A stretch of DNA of 64,000 nucleotides from Vulcanimicrobiota bacterium (GTDB lineage: Bacteria > Vulcanimicrobiota > Xenobia > Xenobiales > JADMJV01): assembly GCA_050250895.1 (NCBI GenBank), contig JBFWNU010000001.1, positions 2,884,891 to 2,948,890 of the forward strand, given 5' to 3'. The position numbers were made by a program, and so were the translations under genes. Numbering within the stretch: position 1 is the stretch's first letter; every line of letters begins with the position of its first letter. A model generated the notes under the pieces. It saw only the letters and a list, made by a program, of their open reading frames with translations, did no database searches and had not been told where the DNA came from. Below, in pieces: positions 21,101 to 27,580 of this stretch.

Positions 21101-21522
21101 TGGTCGAGGGCCTCCACATCGCCAGCCAGATCCTCCGGAGCCTGCTTGCCCAGGAAGAATACCGGCCCCGGGCCCGTGCGGCGCACGACCGCGTTCAGCA
21201 CGTTGACCACCGCGTTGCGCGTGAAGGCCGTCACGAAGACTCGGCAGGGCCGATTCTGGGCTTGCCGAGCCCTCAGATAGCCCACTGTCATGGCCGAGAG
21301 CACGAAGGTCTTGCCGGTGCCTGGAGGGCCTAGCAACAGTGCCGCCCTGTGGTTGGCGATCCCCTGCCAGGCCCGCTGTTGGCCGTCCAGGAGTTTGGTC
21401 ACCCCGCTCAGTTCCTGGCCCTCGAGCCAGGCTTGTCGGGAGTGCTCGGCCACCTGGGCCGCAAATTCGGCAGGCTTGGCCAGAAAGTGGTTGATTTGTT
21501 GGCGCACGCCGCTGTCGATCAC
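15151..21522 (-). CDS. Fusion of an SF1 (Dna2/Upf1-like) helicase, wHTH-like linkers and a DpdJ-like DEAH helicase (2123 aa)
   Basis: SF1 motifs GPPGTGKT, DEASQ, GDDRQL, IITPHRAQ, TVERIQGKERD and RLNVMITRAK. SF2 motifs ADTGSGKTEA, DEIH, MSAT, ATSTLEVGYD and QRKGRGGR. RSRMAE...QRF and terminal CPDGCEAC resemble DpdJ. Confidence 0.8.
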   Translation of the reverse strand: MIDSGVRQQINHFLAKPAEFAAQVAEHSRQAWLEGQELSGVTKLLDGQQRAWQGIANHRAALLLGPPGTGKTFVLSAMTVGYLRARQAQNRPCRVFVTAFTRNAVVNVLNAVVRRTGPGPVFFLGKQAPEDLAGDVEALDHKTVKPLEAEWFVAGGTVWSLFKRLKRGDAPRFDLVCVDEASQMLLSHGLLGLGGLANDGRVLVVGDDRQLAPIRASQDEELDERRLTGSLYAFLKKAEIPEFPLDETFRLNAPLAAFPAQSFYQSNYKASEQSGQQRLELRGDWREALAPWECAVLDPEHPIVVLLHDGPPNGTLNPFEVDLAGHLARLFHRYLDHDQFWQDRFAIITPHRAQNAAIRRSFENSTLSEGCVVETVERIQGKERDTILACYTVSDPEFALSEAEFLFNPQRLNVMITRAKTKLVVIASNRLLEVVPPDEELFEHAQLLREFLFDTHKIGAVERQCDGRGVEVTIRVKTFGQAPEELQPVEVSAVEDPPELTRELEELFGAIKACALESRYGNATVSAVRKKLAYQPPFALFHQLLTLGMIEFAEQTGPHGRFWCFKPIEPPSLPFTADEVTVRSRIDEVIHSRRRGRFAPQYRHLRNSFVWVNAQEQDVLLPLLRDLVKEGLLVETSHNDEPTFDLTSATEVNEQPLPPPEVQLTDGDFEVLNALEDIERGRINFGVTESWVMLSTLAERLGVARDALLEPINRLEQHGHLMPDEQGGVRSRMAELARELRYVKQRFRKGDAHRRPYLVRSLKLETIDRQKPIRDVSLRATLEQARGLLADDPNLELALEACAHMLSVCWGVDNPTIAGFQQRALLSILSAWLGVGKEEAFVVTADTGSGKTEAACLPMLVGAAVDALRGVRGCRAILVYPRIRLGANQAQRLVRYLAAFNQHPGVAPLTIGLQNGSVPSAFGYLRSNPDKFEEWRALPGGALQFPFFSCPECSQDLSLLEGEGRGGADRLECACGWCFLGWIGSKEGLRQNPPHFFLPVTESLHQWQHDSRYGAIFGDTEFAPARAVMADEIHLYSHVHGAQVGYALRRLLARLTVNGDESPLAIGMSATLSRPDRVWGDLCGRQQVVALGPTEEERLVNPRGREYFYFVQPEVESRGQDIAGASTTIQCLMCLAHGMRRRTGKEGGFRGVVFLDSIDKLKRLHSDYSDAEANKLAALRTELLDDDPATGEPCRACCREPLSCDRFREGECWFFAATDQAQWMAGKRYRPGDPLTVAHRPIFSGTSGRTEELLQNSDLIFATSTLEVGYDDPDMTLVYQHYAPGNLASFIQRKGRGGRGADDRPVTGVTLSVYSSRDSWYFRSPRRMLDARNFAVPLNISNYFVVRGQAAATALDAVARFRTLHPGKYGLRRTSGKLEVAPQLVTMADEMVVAACGPTVFAILGLESSLPLFQQLLEEEGLDVTAEPSTWRGSLAWVPQRLFDSINLPLLMVRHPDARDPVPVDITLAFTECAPGNMTRRYGMGTVHWVPPTPGRSPFLSDYRDSTGFTLTGQEQSGEDFRRELPVEVRDGLGAEIYPKICRPKTLDLDLGGKMSGASFTSGWLYREGHGLIKRDKQQQEPGLPATEKSRSFLRGFLVVAAEDGRGSDITPTDLSDLFEKVEAFVGSSDRPGTGLRVTRLYWGADVSLKLKDTKTQDAEFTQTFVYPKTDKTLLHGYQVETEGVRFHVDSAKLDARVDAMLEHLQANPGEERHYRGKLLAYLMESRLSGLGVNSFEANRLAELFVSAAASDEGKKVLRGRWDQTRMMNLLRETYRNVLRYHPLLTERRIDKLEKVLERAGFADTFRKIVTDVSDAEVFRGYLRSLFLHGLAMRLRDLFVLYGRGDERRVLFHARLPLQFGAESHDIISVVENGDHGDGTTRTFLESFEEALDEVRDHGLVDCPNAREDAAVDRMLAMSEQHERWRSLDRAALVEALRTELSVDGDLGRLVQLLHGRETVGVEQFDFFDLVREVRAVEAELAQSMPRAPSTWELVTGAVKAAQDGRSPQLAGLLAAYRGLEGVSHEAGMSPEERLAEQVFRFAGRLCPDGCEACLFGSSDLMSGTQARAALSRRALMEPADLACLKPETPPTGKALAKCPDVRPKGWDRRVLDALPARGSGED

Positions 21523-23753
21523 GCCTGGTCTCCCAGCATCTCGAGAAACTCGACCACCCTCTCGGTATTGAAGTCGCGGAAGGAGCGGTCAATAAACCAC
21601 TGATCCTCGGGGTTGTCCAGCAAAAGGTGCTGCATCTCGGCGGACCCGTACTTCGCGGCCCACATCCGGGCCCGCACCTGCGTGTTGCTGTCGACAGGGT
21701 CTAGTTGGATCTGAAAAGGTTCCCAGCGGGTGGGGTCGAGCAGGATGTCGGGGTCGTTGTTGGTCAGCACCAGGTTGATGTCATCCGGCCCCAACTCCGC
21801 GTCGCGGCTTTCGGTTGGCACCCTGAACCTGAACCTGGCCCACGGCTTGCCCTCGCGATGACTCTCGAGTCGCAGCTGGGCGAAGCACTTCATCGCATCG
21901 CGGCGCGCCTCCCAAGGTTGGGCCAGGCTGATGAGGGCGTTGAGCATCCCAGACTTCTCGGCCAGCAACTCGTAGGCTCGCAAGATCTCGAGGTCTTCTC
22001 TACCCAGCGGATTGAATTCGGCCTGGAACGCGAAAGGCTGTTTTCTCAGCCGCAGGAACGGAGAAGCAGCGGCAGCGTTCTGTTCGAGCACCCACCGGGC
22101 CAGGTGGCGCAACGAGGCCAGACGAATGCGCAGGTCGTCTTCGATGTCGCGCATACCCCGGTGACCATCTCGAAGCTTGCGCAAGACCTCGATGGAGAGT
22201 CGGGTGGAGAAGTCTCGCTTGAAAGCTTGCGACGGTTCGTAGGCCTCGCTCAGTCCGACAGCGGTGAGAGCCTGGGTGACCTGGCGCAGGTCGTAGGACA
22301 CTGTCACCGGCAGCAGATAGAGCTGCTCCATCACCGTCCTCAGGGCGGTGGCGGGAAGGTGGTGATAGCCGCGATAGCCTGGTTCGGGGATGACTTCTTC
22401 GGGCGGGAATAGTCGCACCAGGTCAAGCAGTCCGGTGCGGATGTCGGGGTCGTTCAGGTGGCGACCCACTGCCCGTTGCAAGTCTTTGGCTTCGGATGGC
22501 TCATAGAGCAAGATGTGGGCGTAGAGGCGCTGGGCTTCGGGCAGCCGCTGGTTGTGCTCGTGCAGCCGTCGCAGGTCGAGGACCAGTTTGCCCAGCACTT
22601 GCTTTAGCGCGCGTATCTCCTCGGCGGGCTGGCCCTTCGGCAAGAGGGCTGTGGCGTATTGCACCTCACCCTGCCAGTCGAGGAGATAGCCGAGAGTGAC
22701 CAGGTTGCCCTGCATCGGGTCGGAGTCGACCACCAGATACAGGCCTACGTCGATGCGAGGTGGCATCAGGTAGGTATAGCGCTCTTCGAGTATCTTCGGC
22801 TGCCCATTCACCAGCGTCTCGGCTCGGAGCCGGAGCAACTCGGCCTGGCGCTTGAGCGACCAGCTGTCGAGCTTCTGGTTGCGGATACCCTGGGCGCGGG
22901 CCAGGCCACCCACTGTGTGGATGCCCAGCTTCTCCAGGGCCCGCTTGGCCTCGTGGCTCATGCCCGGCACGGCCGATACGTCATTCTTGGCGGCTTCTCG
23001 CTCGATGGCGCGACGGCAATGGGGGAGATAGCCACACTGCTCGCATTTGTAGTAGAGGTGGAAGAAGGTTTCGTCTCGTCCGGGTTCTACGACCTGTTCT
23101 TGCAGCCGAGGCACGGTTCTTTCGAAGAAGTCTCTGACCAGGTTCTCATAGCTCTTGAGCTTGAACTCGAGCCTGTCATAGAGCCCGTCGGCTCCGTCTT
23201 CACCGCGGCGCAGGTGCCAGATTTCGCCCACTTCGTCCACTCTCGCCTCGACGCCCATGTCTTTGAGCATGCCCTGGAGCAGGTGGGAGTAGAAAGCCAC
23301 CTGCGCTTTGTGGAAGTAGGTGGCCACCTGGGTTGCTTTGACGTCGATGATGCGAATGGCGCCGTCGACCCACTGGAGTAGGTCGGGGTAGCAATGCCTG
23401 AAGATGATCTGGTCGTCGCTGCTGAGTTGCTGCCTCAGGCTCGGGCCGCCGAAGAGGACGGCCTGGTGGGCGAACTCGCAGTCGTTCTGACCGCGCAGGA
23501 AGGCCGCCGTGATGCGCTGGCCGAGGTTCTGCTCGCCCGCCTTTGGGGTGAGGACCTTGCTCTCGCGCGCCAGGCGGCGGACGACGGCCAGTTCGAAGTC
23601 GTTGCCCAGTTCGGCCCAGCTGTCCTTCTGGTCGTCTTTGAGGATAGGGATGGCCTCGCGCTCGTCGCGACTCATCGTCTCGTAGCGCGTCTTGCGGTCA
23701 CATCGATATTGAAACCACGATTTGATGGTCGTGGCACTGAAGCTTAGTGGCAT
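21519..23753 (-). CDS. PD-(D/E)XK (Cas4/RecB/Dna2-like) nuclease with probable Fe-S cysteines
   Basis: YPDLL...IIDVK...QVAFY catalytic motifs, N-terminal YRC plus CEQC-x5-C, and an HhH-like VPGMS segment. GTGA overlap with the helicase fusion. Confidence 0.8.
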   Translation of the reverse strand: MPLSFSATTIKSWFQYRCDRKTRYETMSRDEREAIPILKDDQKDSWAELGNDFELAVVRRLARESKVLTPKAGEQNLGQRITAAFLRGQNDCEFAHQAVLFGGPSLRQQLSSDDQIIFRHCYPDLLQWVDGAIRIIDVKATQVATYFHKAQVAFYSHLLQGMLKDMGVEARVDEVGEIWHLRRGEDGADGLYDRLEFKLKSYENLVRDFFERTVPRLQEQVVEPGRDETFFHLYYKCEQCGYLPHCRRAIEREAAKNDVSAVPGMSHEAKRALEKLGIHTVGGLARAQGIRNQKLDSWSLKRQAELLRLRAETLVNGQPKILEERYTYLMPPRIDVGLYLVVDSDPMQGNLVTLGYLLDWQGEVQYATALLPKGQPAEEIRALKQVLGKLVLDLRRLHEHNQRLPEAQRLYAHILLYEPSEAKDLQRAVGRHLNDPDIRTGLLDLVRLFPPEEVIPEPGYRGYHHLPATALRTVMEQLYLLPVTVSYDLRQVTQALTAVGLSEAYEPSQAFKRDFSTRLSIEVLRKLRDGHRGMRDIEDDLRIRLASLRHLARWVLEQNAAAASPFLRLRKQPFAFQAEFNPLGREDLEILRAYELLAEKSGMLNALISLAQPWEARRDAMKCFAQLRLESHREGKPWARFRFRVPTESRDAELGPDDINLVLTNNDPDILLDPTRWEPFQIQLDPVDSNTQVRARMWAAKYGSAEMQHLLLDNPEDQWFIDRSFRDFNTERVVEFLEMLGDQA

Positions 23754-23810
23754 CGAACCCCCGATTCGTTCAGGGCCGTTCGTCGCCAGTGCTGGTTCGC
23801 CTTCGATGAC

Positions 23811-25538
23811 CTAACGATCATCCCTCAACCGGTGCAGAACCTGGAGGAGCGGGCCGAGCTGCTCCCTCTCCCACGCACCCAGGGGGCTCTGGACATCAGA
23901 GCCAGCGTTGTTAGCGACCGACGAGGCTACTTGGGCGGTGCGGGCCCCTTCCGAGACGCTGTCTTTTTGGACCGTTTCGCTCTTGGACCGCAAATCCACA
24001 AACATAATGGATTTTACATCTTTTGCGTGTGGCAAGTCCTCTAGTTTTGCACCGGGCAACAACAAGGGAAACAACTTGAAGGCGGGTTCGGTCCTCAGTC
24101 GATGGAGTGCCACCGCAAGCTCAGGCAGTTGGCCATGCTGCGATTCTGGCGTCCGCTCGTTGATGGCAAAAAGGACCGAGCGAGATAACCAAAAACCTGT
24201 AGTGAGTTCTCTTGCATAGTCGGTTCCAGGCGGGATGTCTCGACACCAGAATACCTTCAAACCTTCCTCTCTGAGGAGATTGACGATCGGGTGAATCGCC
24301 TCACTCGCGCTAAAGGGGTAACTCACAAAGATGTCGTACGAGTCAACCACTGCGCGGACCAGATCGTCAAACGGGCTGGGGTCTCGCTCGAAGTCGATGT
24401 AGTTGGGGACTACCATCTCCGACCCGCTGGTCTCCGAACCATCGAATAGATGATCTGTGGTGGCATCATGTAATAGAACTGGAATGACACGGCGATTCCC
24501 CGATCGTCTCGAGCGCTCCCGAAATGTGTTGGCGGGCGAGCCTTCACGGTCAGCTTTGCCACACAGGATCACCTCGACATTCCTTTGGCGGTCGTGGTGC
24601 AAGCGGGATTTCAGGTCGCCGGTTGGGACCGGGGCATCTCTCGCGAGGGCTACGCTGAGGCCCACGCCTTGGAGCATTGCTTTTAGAGATTTGGCGTCCT
24701 CAAGTAATTCTTCCTGATGCCAGATAACGACCTCGCCGCCGCCAGCCTCTTCCAGCACGGCCTTGTCGAGCTTCTCAGCGATACTCTCTGCCAGTAGCCT
24801 CGGGCCGAGGGACCATTTGGTGTAGTATAGCCAGTGCGAGGCGCCTTTGGGCAGGTTTTCGTCGATCTGAATCGCAAGGATGAAGTCCCTCTGAAGCCGT
24901 TGTTGATCCCGGGCCACGGTCCACTCTGCCTCGCAATGGACCGAGGTCAAGTAATCGTCGGAAATCAGCACCACCGTGTAGCGAGACGCCCAGTATCGAC
25001 CGGGAATGGTGCGCTGCGTCCCCCAGATGTCGATATGTTCGTTTTCGTCATAGAAGACCCGTATGCCCCGACGTTCTAGCTCATGACGAAGTTGGTTTGC
25101 CTTTGCTCGTTGAGTGCCCCGGAAAGACAGCGCGACATCGTAACGATACTTGTGGCGGTAATACCGCCAAGACGCGGCAGCCGCGAGGGCCTTTTCTATG
25201 TCTGGTTGGCCATTCGGTGTTGTGCCCATCTCTACGACGCCCGTGTATAGCTTGTGATGTTGAAGGCTGGTGTCGTCCTTTCCAAAAGTTATGAATGCTG
25301 GGTGAGGTCGTCTCTGGTCATCGCAATGCATCCATATGCTCTCGACGAGTTTGGAATGGCGAATCACCCCCGCGCGCAAATCCGCCAACAAGATGAGATC
25401 TTGTTCTAGAGCCTGACTGCAGGACGGGATTTCACTGCACTGAGACACTTCCAGCGAGATGGCACGCTTTTCAGCTAGTTCTCTCAGTTCGCCTGCAAGA
25501 AGGTCGCGGGTATCTTGTGCTAGGATTAGGATCTTCAT
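23811..25538 (-). CDS. Multi-TIR protein: receiver-like N-terminus, two clear TIR domains and a possible degenerate third
   Basis: TIR1 YDVALSFRG...VFYDE...ISDDYLTSVHCEAEW. Last TIR YDIFVSY...VFWCRDIPPG...QLPEL...LFPLLLPG. A middle segment ending RRVIPVLL...YIDF looks TIR-like. Confidence 0.75.
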   Translation of the reverse strand: MKILILAQDTRDLLAGELRELAEKRAISLEVSQCSEIPSCSQALEQDLILLADLRAGVIRHSKLVESIWMHCDDQRRPHPAFITFGKDDTSLQHHKLYTGVVEMGTTPNGQPDIEKALAAAASWRYYRHKYRYDVALSFRGTQRAKANQLRHELERRGIRVFYDENEHIDIWGTQRTIPGRYWASRYTVVLISDDYLTSVHCEAEWTVARDQQRLQRDFILAIQIDENLPKGASHWLYYTKWSLGPRLLAESIAEKLDKAVLEEAGGGEVVIWHQEELLEDAKSLKAMLQGVGLSVALARDAPVPTGDLKSRLHHDRQRNVEVILCGKADREGSPANTFRERSRRSGNRRVIPVLLHDATTDHLFDGSETSGSEMVVPNYIDFERDPSPFDDLVRAVVDSYDIFVSYPFSASEAIHPIVNLLREEGLKVFWCRDIPPGTDYARELTTGFWLSRSVLFAINERTPESQHGQLPELAVALHRLRTEPAFKLFPLLLPGAKLEDLPHAKDVKSIMFVDLRSKSETVQKDSVSEGARTAQVASSVANNAGSDVQSPLGAWEREQLGPLLQVLHRLRDDR

Positions 25539-25757
25539 CCTGGGCCTCGGAATTTGGACCTGGCGACTCGATTTTGCTGGGGCTTGTCGTTGTAAAGTCC
25601 AGGGGATTTACATTTGGGCATGGATTGCGATCCTTCTTCCTGTCGGCCAGGGTGCCTCACTCGGAATGCAATGGCGCCCAGATGTGTCTGGGGGACTGTT
25701 CTGCTACGGATCTTGTCCCTCTCAGCACTGCTTTCGGCGGTCGCCCGTAGCGGGCCT

Positions 25758-26252
25758 TCACTGGGACCGATGAGGCATCCAACACCATGCGCCGCACCGT
25801 CCTCCAATATAGTTGGGTGTTTTGCTACAATCAATCACAGGCTTGGAGGCCATGTCCCTTGCTCTTCTAGAGGATCGGGTCTCGGCGGGCTTACCAAGGA
25901 ATCGCATCAGCACCCAGATGAGGTTCGCGGACTTGGCCGGCACCAGGGCCCGATTGTAGCCCGAGCGGGAGCCGACCGAGCGCACGATGTTGGTCGAGTA
26001 GGGCGCGTGGTCGAACTCACAGGTCAACTGCAACTCGAACTCATTTGTTGGCCTGCGCAGCAGCCCGCGCGGGCCCTCGATGCCCGGGTCAGGGTGCCGC
26101 GAACTCACCTGGTCTTTCCATCGCCGGCCTCGAAAGGGCGGCAGGGCGGCGAACTGGTGACGGATACGGGCCCGCCAGTCGGGTGCGGCCAGGCGCCGGT
26201 GGCCTGGCGAGAACAGGGTATGATTGAGTGTGATCTCGGTCCGGGGCTTCAC
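25758..26252 (-). pseudogene. Chimeric ORF containing an in-frame fragment of a PilX-like gene
   Basis: GTG start overlaps the upstream stop. Contains APYSTNIVRSVGSRSGYNRALVPAK versus APYSTNNVRSAGSRSGFNRALVPAK in the 503-aa protein. Confidence 0.4.
25932..26008. repeat. 77-bp direct copy of 31748-31824 (inside PilX-like gene 1)
   Basis: Manual alignment: 7 mismatches in 77 bp, no gaps. Confidence 0.9.
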
Positions 26253-27460
26253 GAGGGGAACTTGTGGCCCAGGAAGCGCTGGACCAGGCCGCCACGAGCC
26301 TCGCGAGCGAGAATGGCCCGGATGCGCTCCTCGACCTCCTGCACCCGCCCGGCCTTGCCTGCCGCTTCCATCGTGTAAGAGTAGGCCAGCGACACATCCT
26401 CGCCGGTCACCTCATAGCCATACCCGGCCGCCAGCCAGGTCAGAGCCGCCAGGCCCGCCTCGAGAGCAAAATCGGGTCGCTTCTCGGCGAAGTCCCGAGC
26501 GGCCCGGGTGAGGGTCTGGGGCGCGCAGGGGGCGGACTGGGCCAGGGCGATGGCCTGGTCGAAGAGCTTGGCATCCTTGGCGGCCGCGAACCACTTGCCC
26601 TCATCGCCCGGATTGGCCTCGACCAGGTCGGCCAGGATCTGCTCGGGCGAGCGGTGGGGATACTTCTTGGCCACCGCCCGAAACCAGGCCAGGTAGGTTC
26701 CCGCCCGGTTGGCCTCCAGGCCGTAGCGCTGGTAGGCCTCCTCGACCAGGCCCGAAGAGAGCAGAAGCTCCTCGCAGGCGCGGTCGACCAAAACGGGGCT
26801 GTAGCCATCGCGGCTGGCCTCGGCGTAGCGAAGGGCCTCGGCCTTCCTGCCCAGGGCGGCCAGCGCCTTCACCCCGTACTGCCGATAGTGCCACATTTTG
26901 TAGGGGCATATCTCGAGCAATTCCATGAGTTCCTCGTAGCGCTCGGCGGCCAGCAACGCATTCAAGCAGCAGCTCGTGCCCTTGAAATAGGCACCCTTCT
27001 CGGGACCCCAGACGAGTTTCACGAGGGGCATCAGGCGGTCGGCCCATTCCGCGGCGAGCTTTTGGTTGGCACACATGGCGCCCCAATGGTCCGCCAGGCT
27101 CTCGACCCAGGGCATCTCGTCTTCCTGATAGGCTTCCCAGAGCCGCTCCAGCCACTGGTCTCGAGTCTTGTCATCGGCGGGGGCGGCCGCGATGATATCA
27201 GACAGCGTGGCCAAGGCTCCGTTGACGGTCGAGCCCATCGCGCCCGAGGAACCGTCCACCCGTTCGAGGGCCGGGGCCACCCGCTCGATGAACAGCACAG
27301 CTCCTTCGGCCGCCAGCAACGGGTCGGTCTTGGCCACCTTCTTGATCTCGGCAACCGCCTCTTTCACCCGCTTCATCGCCGGCTGCGACTGCCAGCCGAA
27401 GGCGTTACGGCGGAACCGGGCTCTGAATTGCCAGGCGTGCTTTTTGCTCTTCTCGGCCAT
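26249..27460 (-). CDS. Conserved hypothetical alpha-helical (TPR-like) protein
   Basis: 403 aa from ATG 27460 (MAEKSKKHAWQFRARFRRNAFGW), with host-like codon use and helical repeats. The ORF extension to 27574 runs through a repeat remnant. Confidence 0.75.
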   Translation of the reverse strand: MAEKSKKHAWQFRARFRRNAFGWQSQPAMKRVKEAVAEIKKVAKTDPLLAAEGAVLFIERVAPALERVDGSSGAMGSTVNGALATLSDIIAAAPADDKTRDQWLERLWEAYQEDEMPWVESLADHWGAMCANQKLAAEWADRLMPLVKLVWGPEKGAYFKGTSCCLNALLAAERYEELMELLEICPYKMWHYRQYGVKALAALGRKAEALRYAEASRDGYSPVLVDRACEELLLSSGLVEEAYQRYGLEANRAGTYLAWFRAVAKKYPHRSPEQILADLVEANPGDEGKWFAAAKDAKLFDQAIALAQSAPCAPQTLTRAARDFAEKRPDFALEAGLAALTWLAAGYGYEVTGEDVSLAYSYTMEAAGKAGRVQEVEERIRAILAREARGGLVQRFLGHKFPS

Positions 27461-27515
27461 CGTAGGTGCTCGTTCGCCGGCAAGACTCGACCTCCTTGCC
27501 CGACTTGACTCCGAG

Positions 27516-27580
27516 CGACGGCTGCACAGTCCAGGGCGTCCCCATCGGCGGCTTCGCGGGGGACGGCATCCCATCGAACG
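27516..27580. repeat. 65-bp direct copy of 30008-30072 (inside lipoprotein gene 1)
   Basis: Manual alignment: 7 mismatches in 65 bp. Encodes DGCTVQGVPIGGFAGDGIPSN versus DGCTVQGLHIGGFAGDGITSN. Confidence 0.9.

Noticed and set aside
21519-23753. Cas4 of a CRISPR system
   Set aside because: No cas1/cas2 or array; the protein is much longer than Cas4 and is coupled to a helicase.
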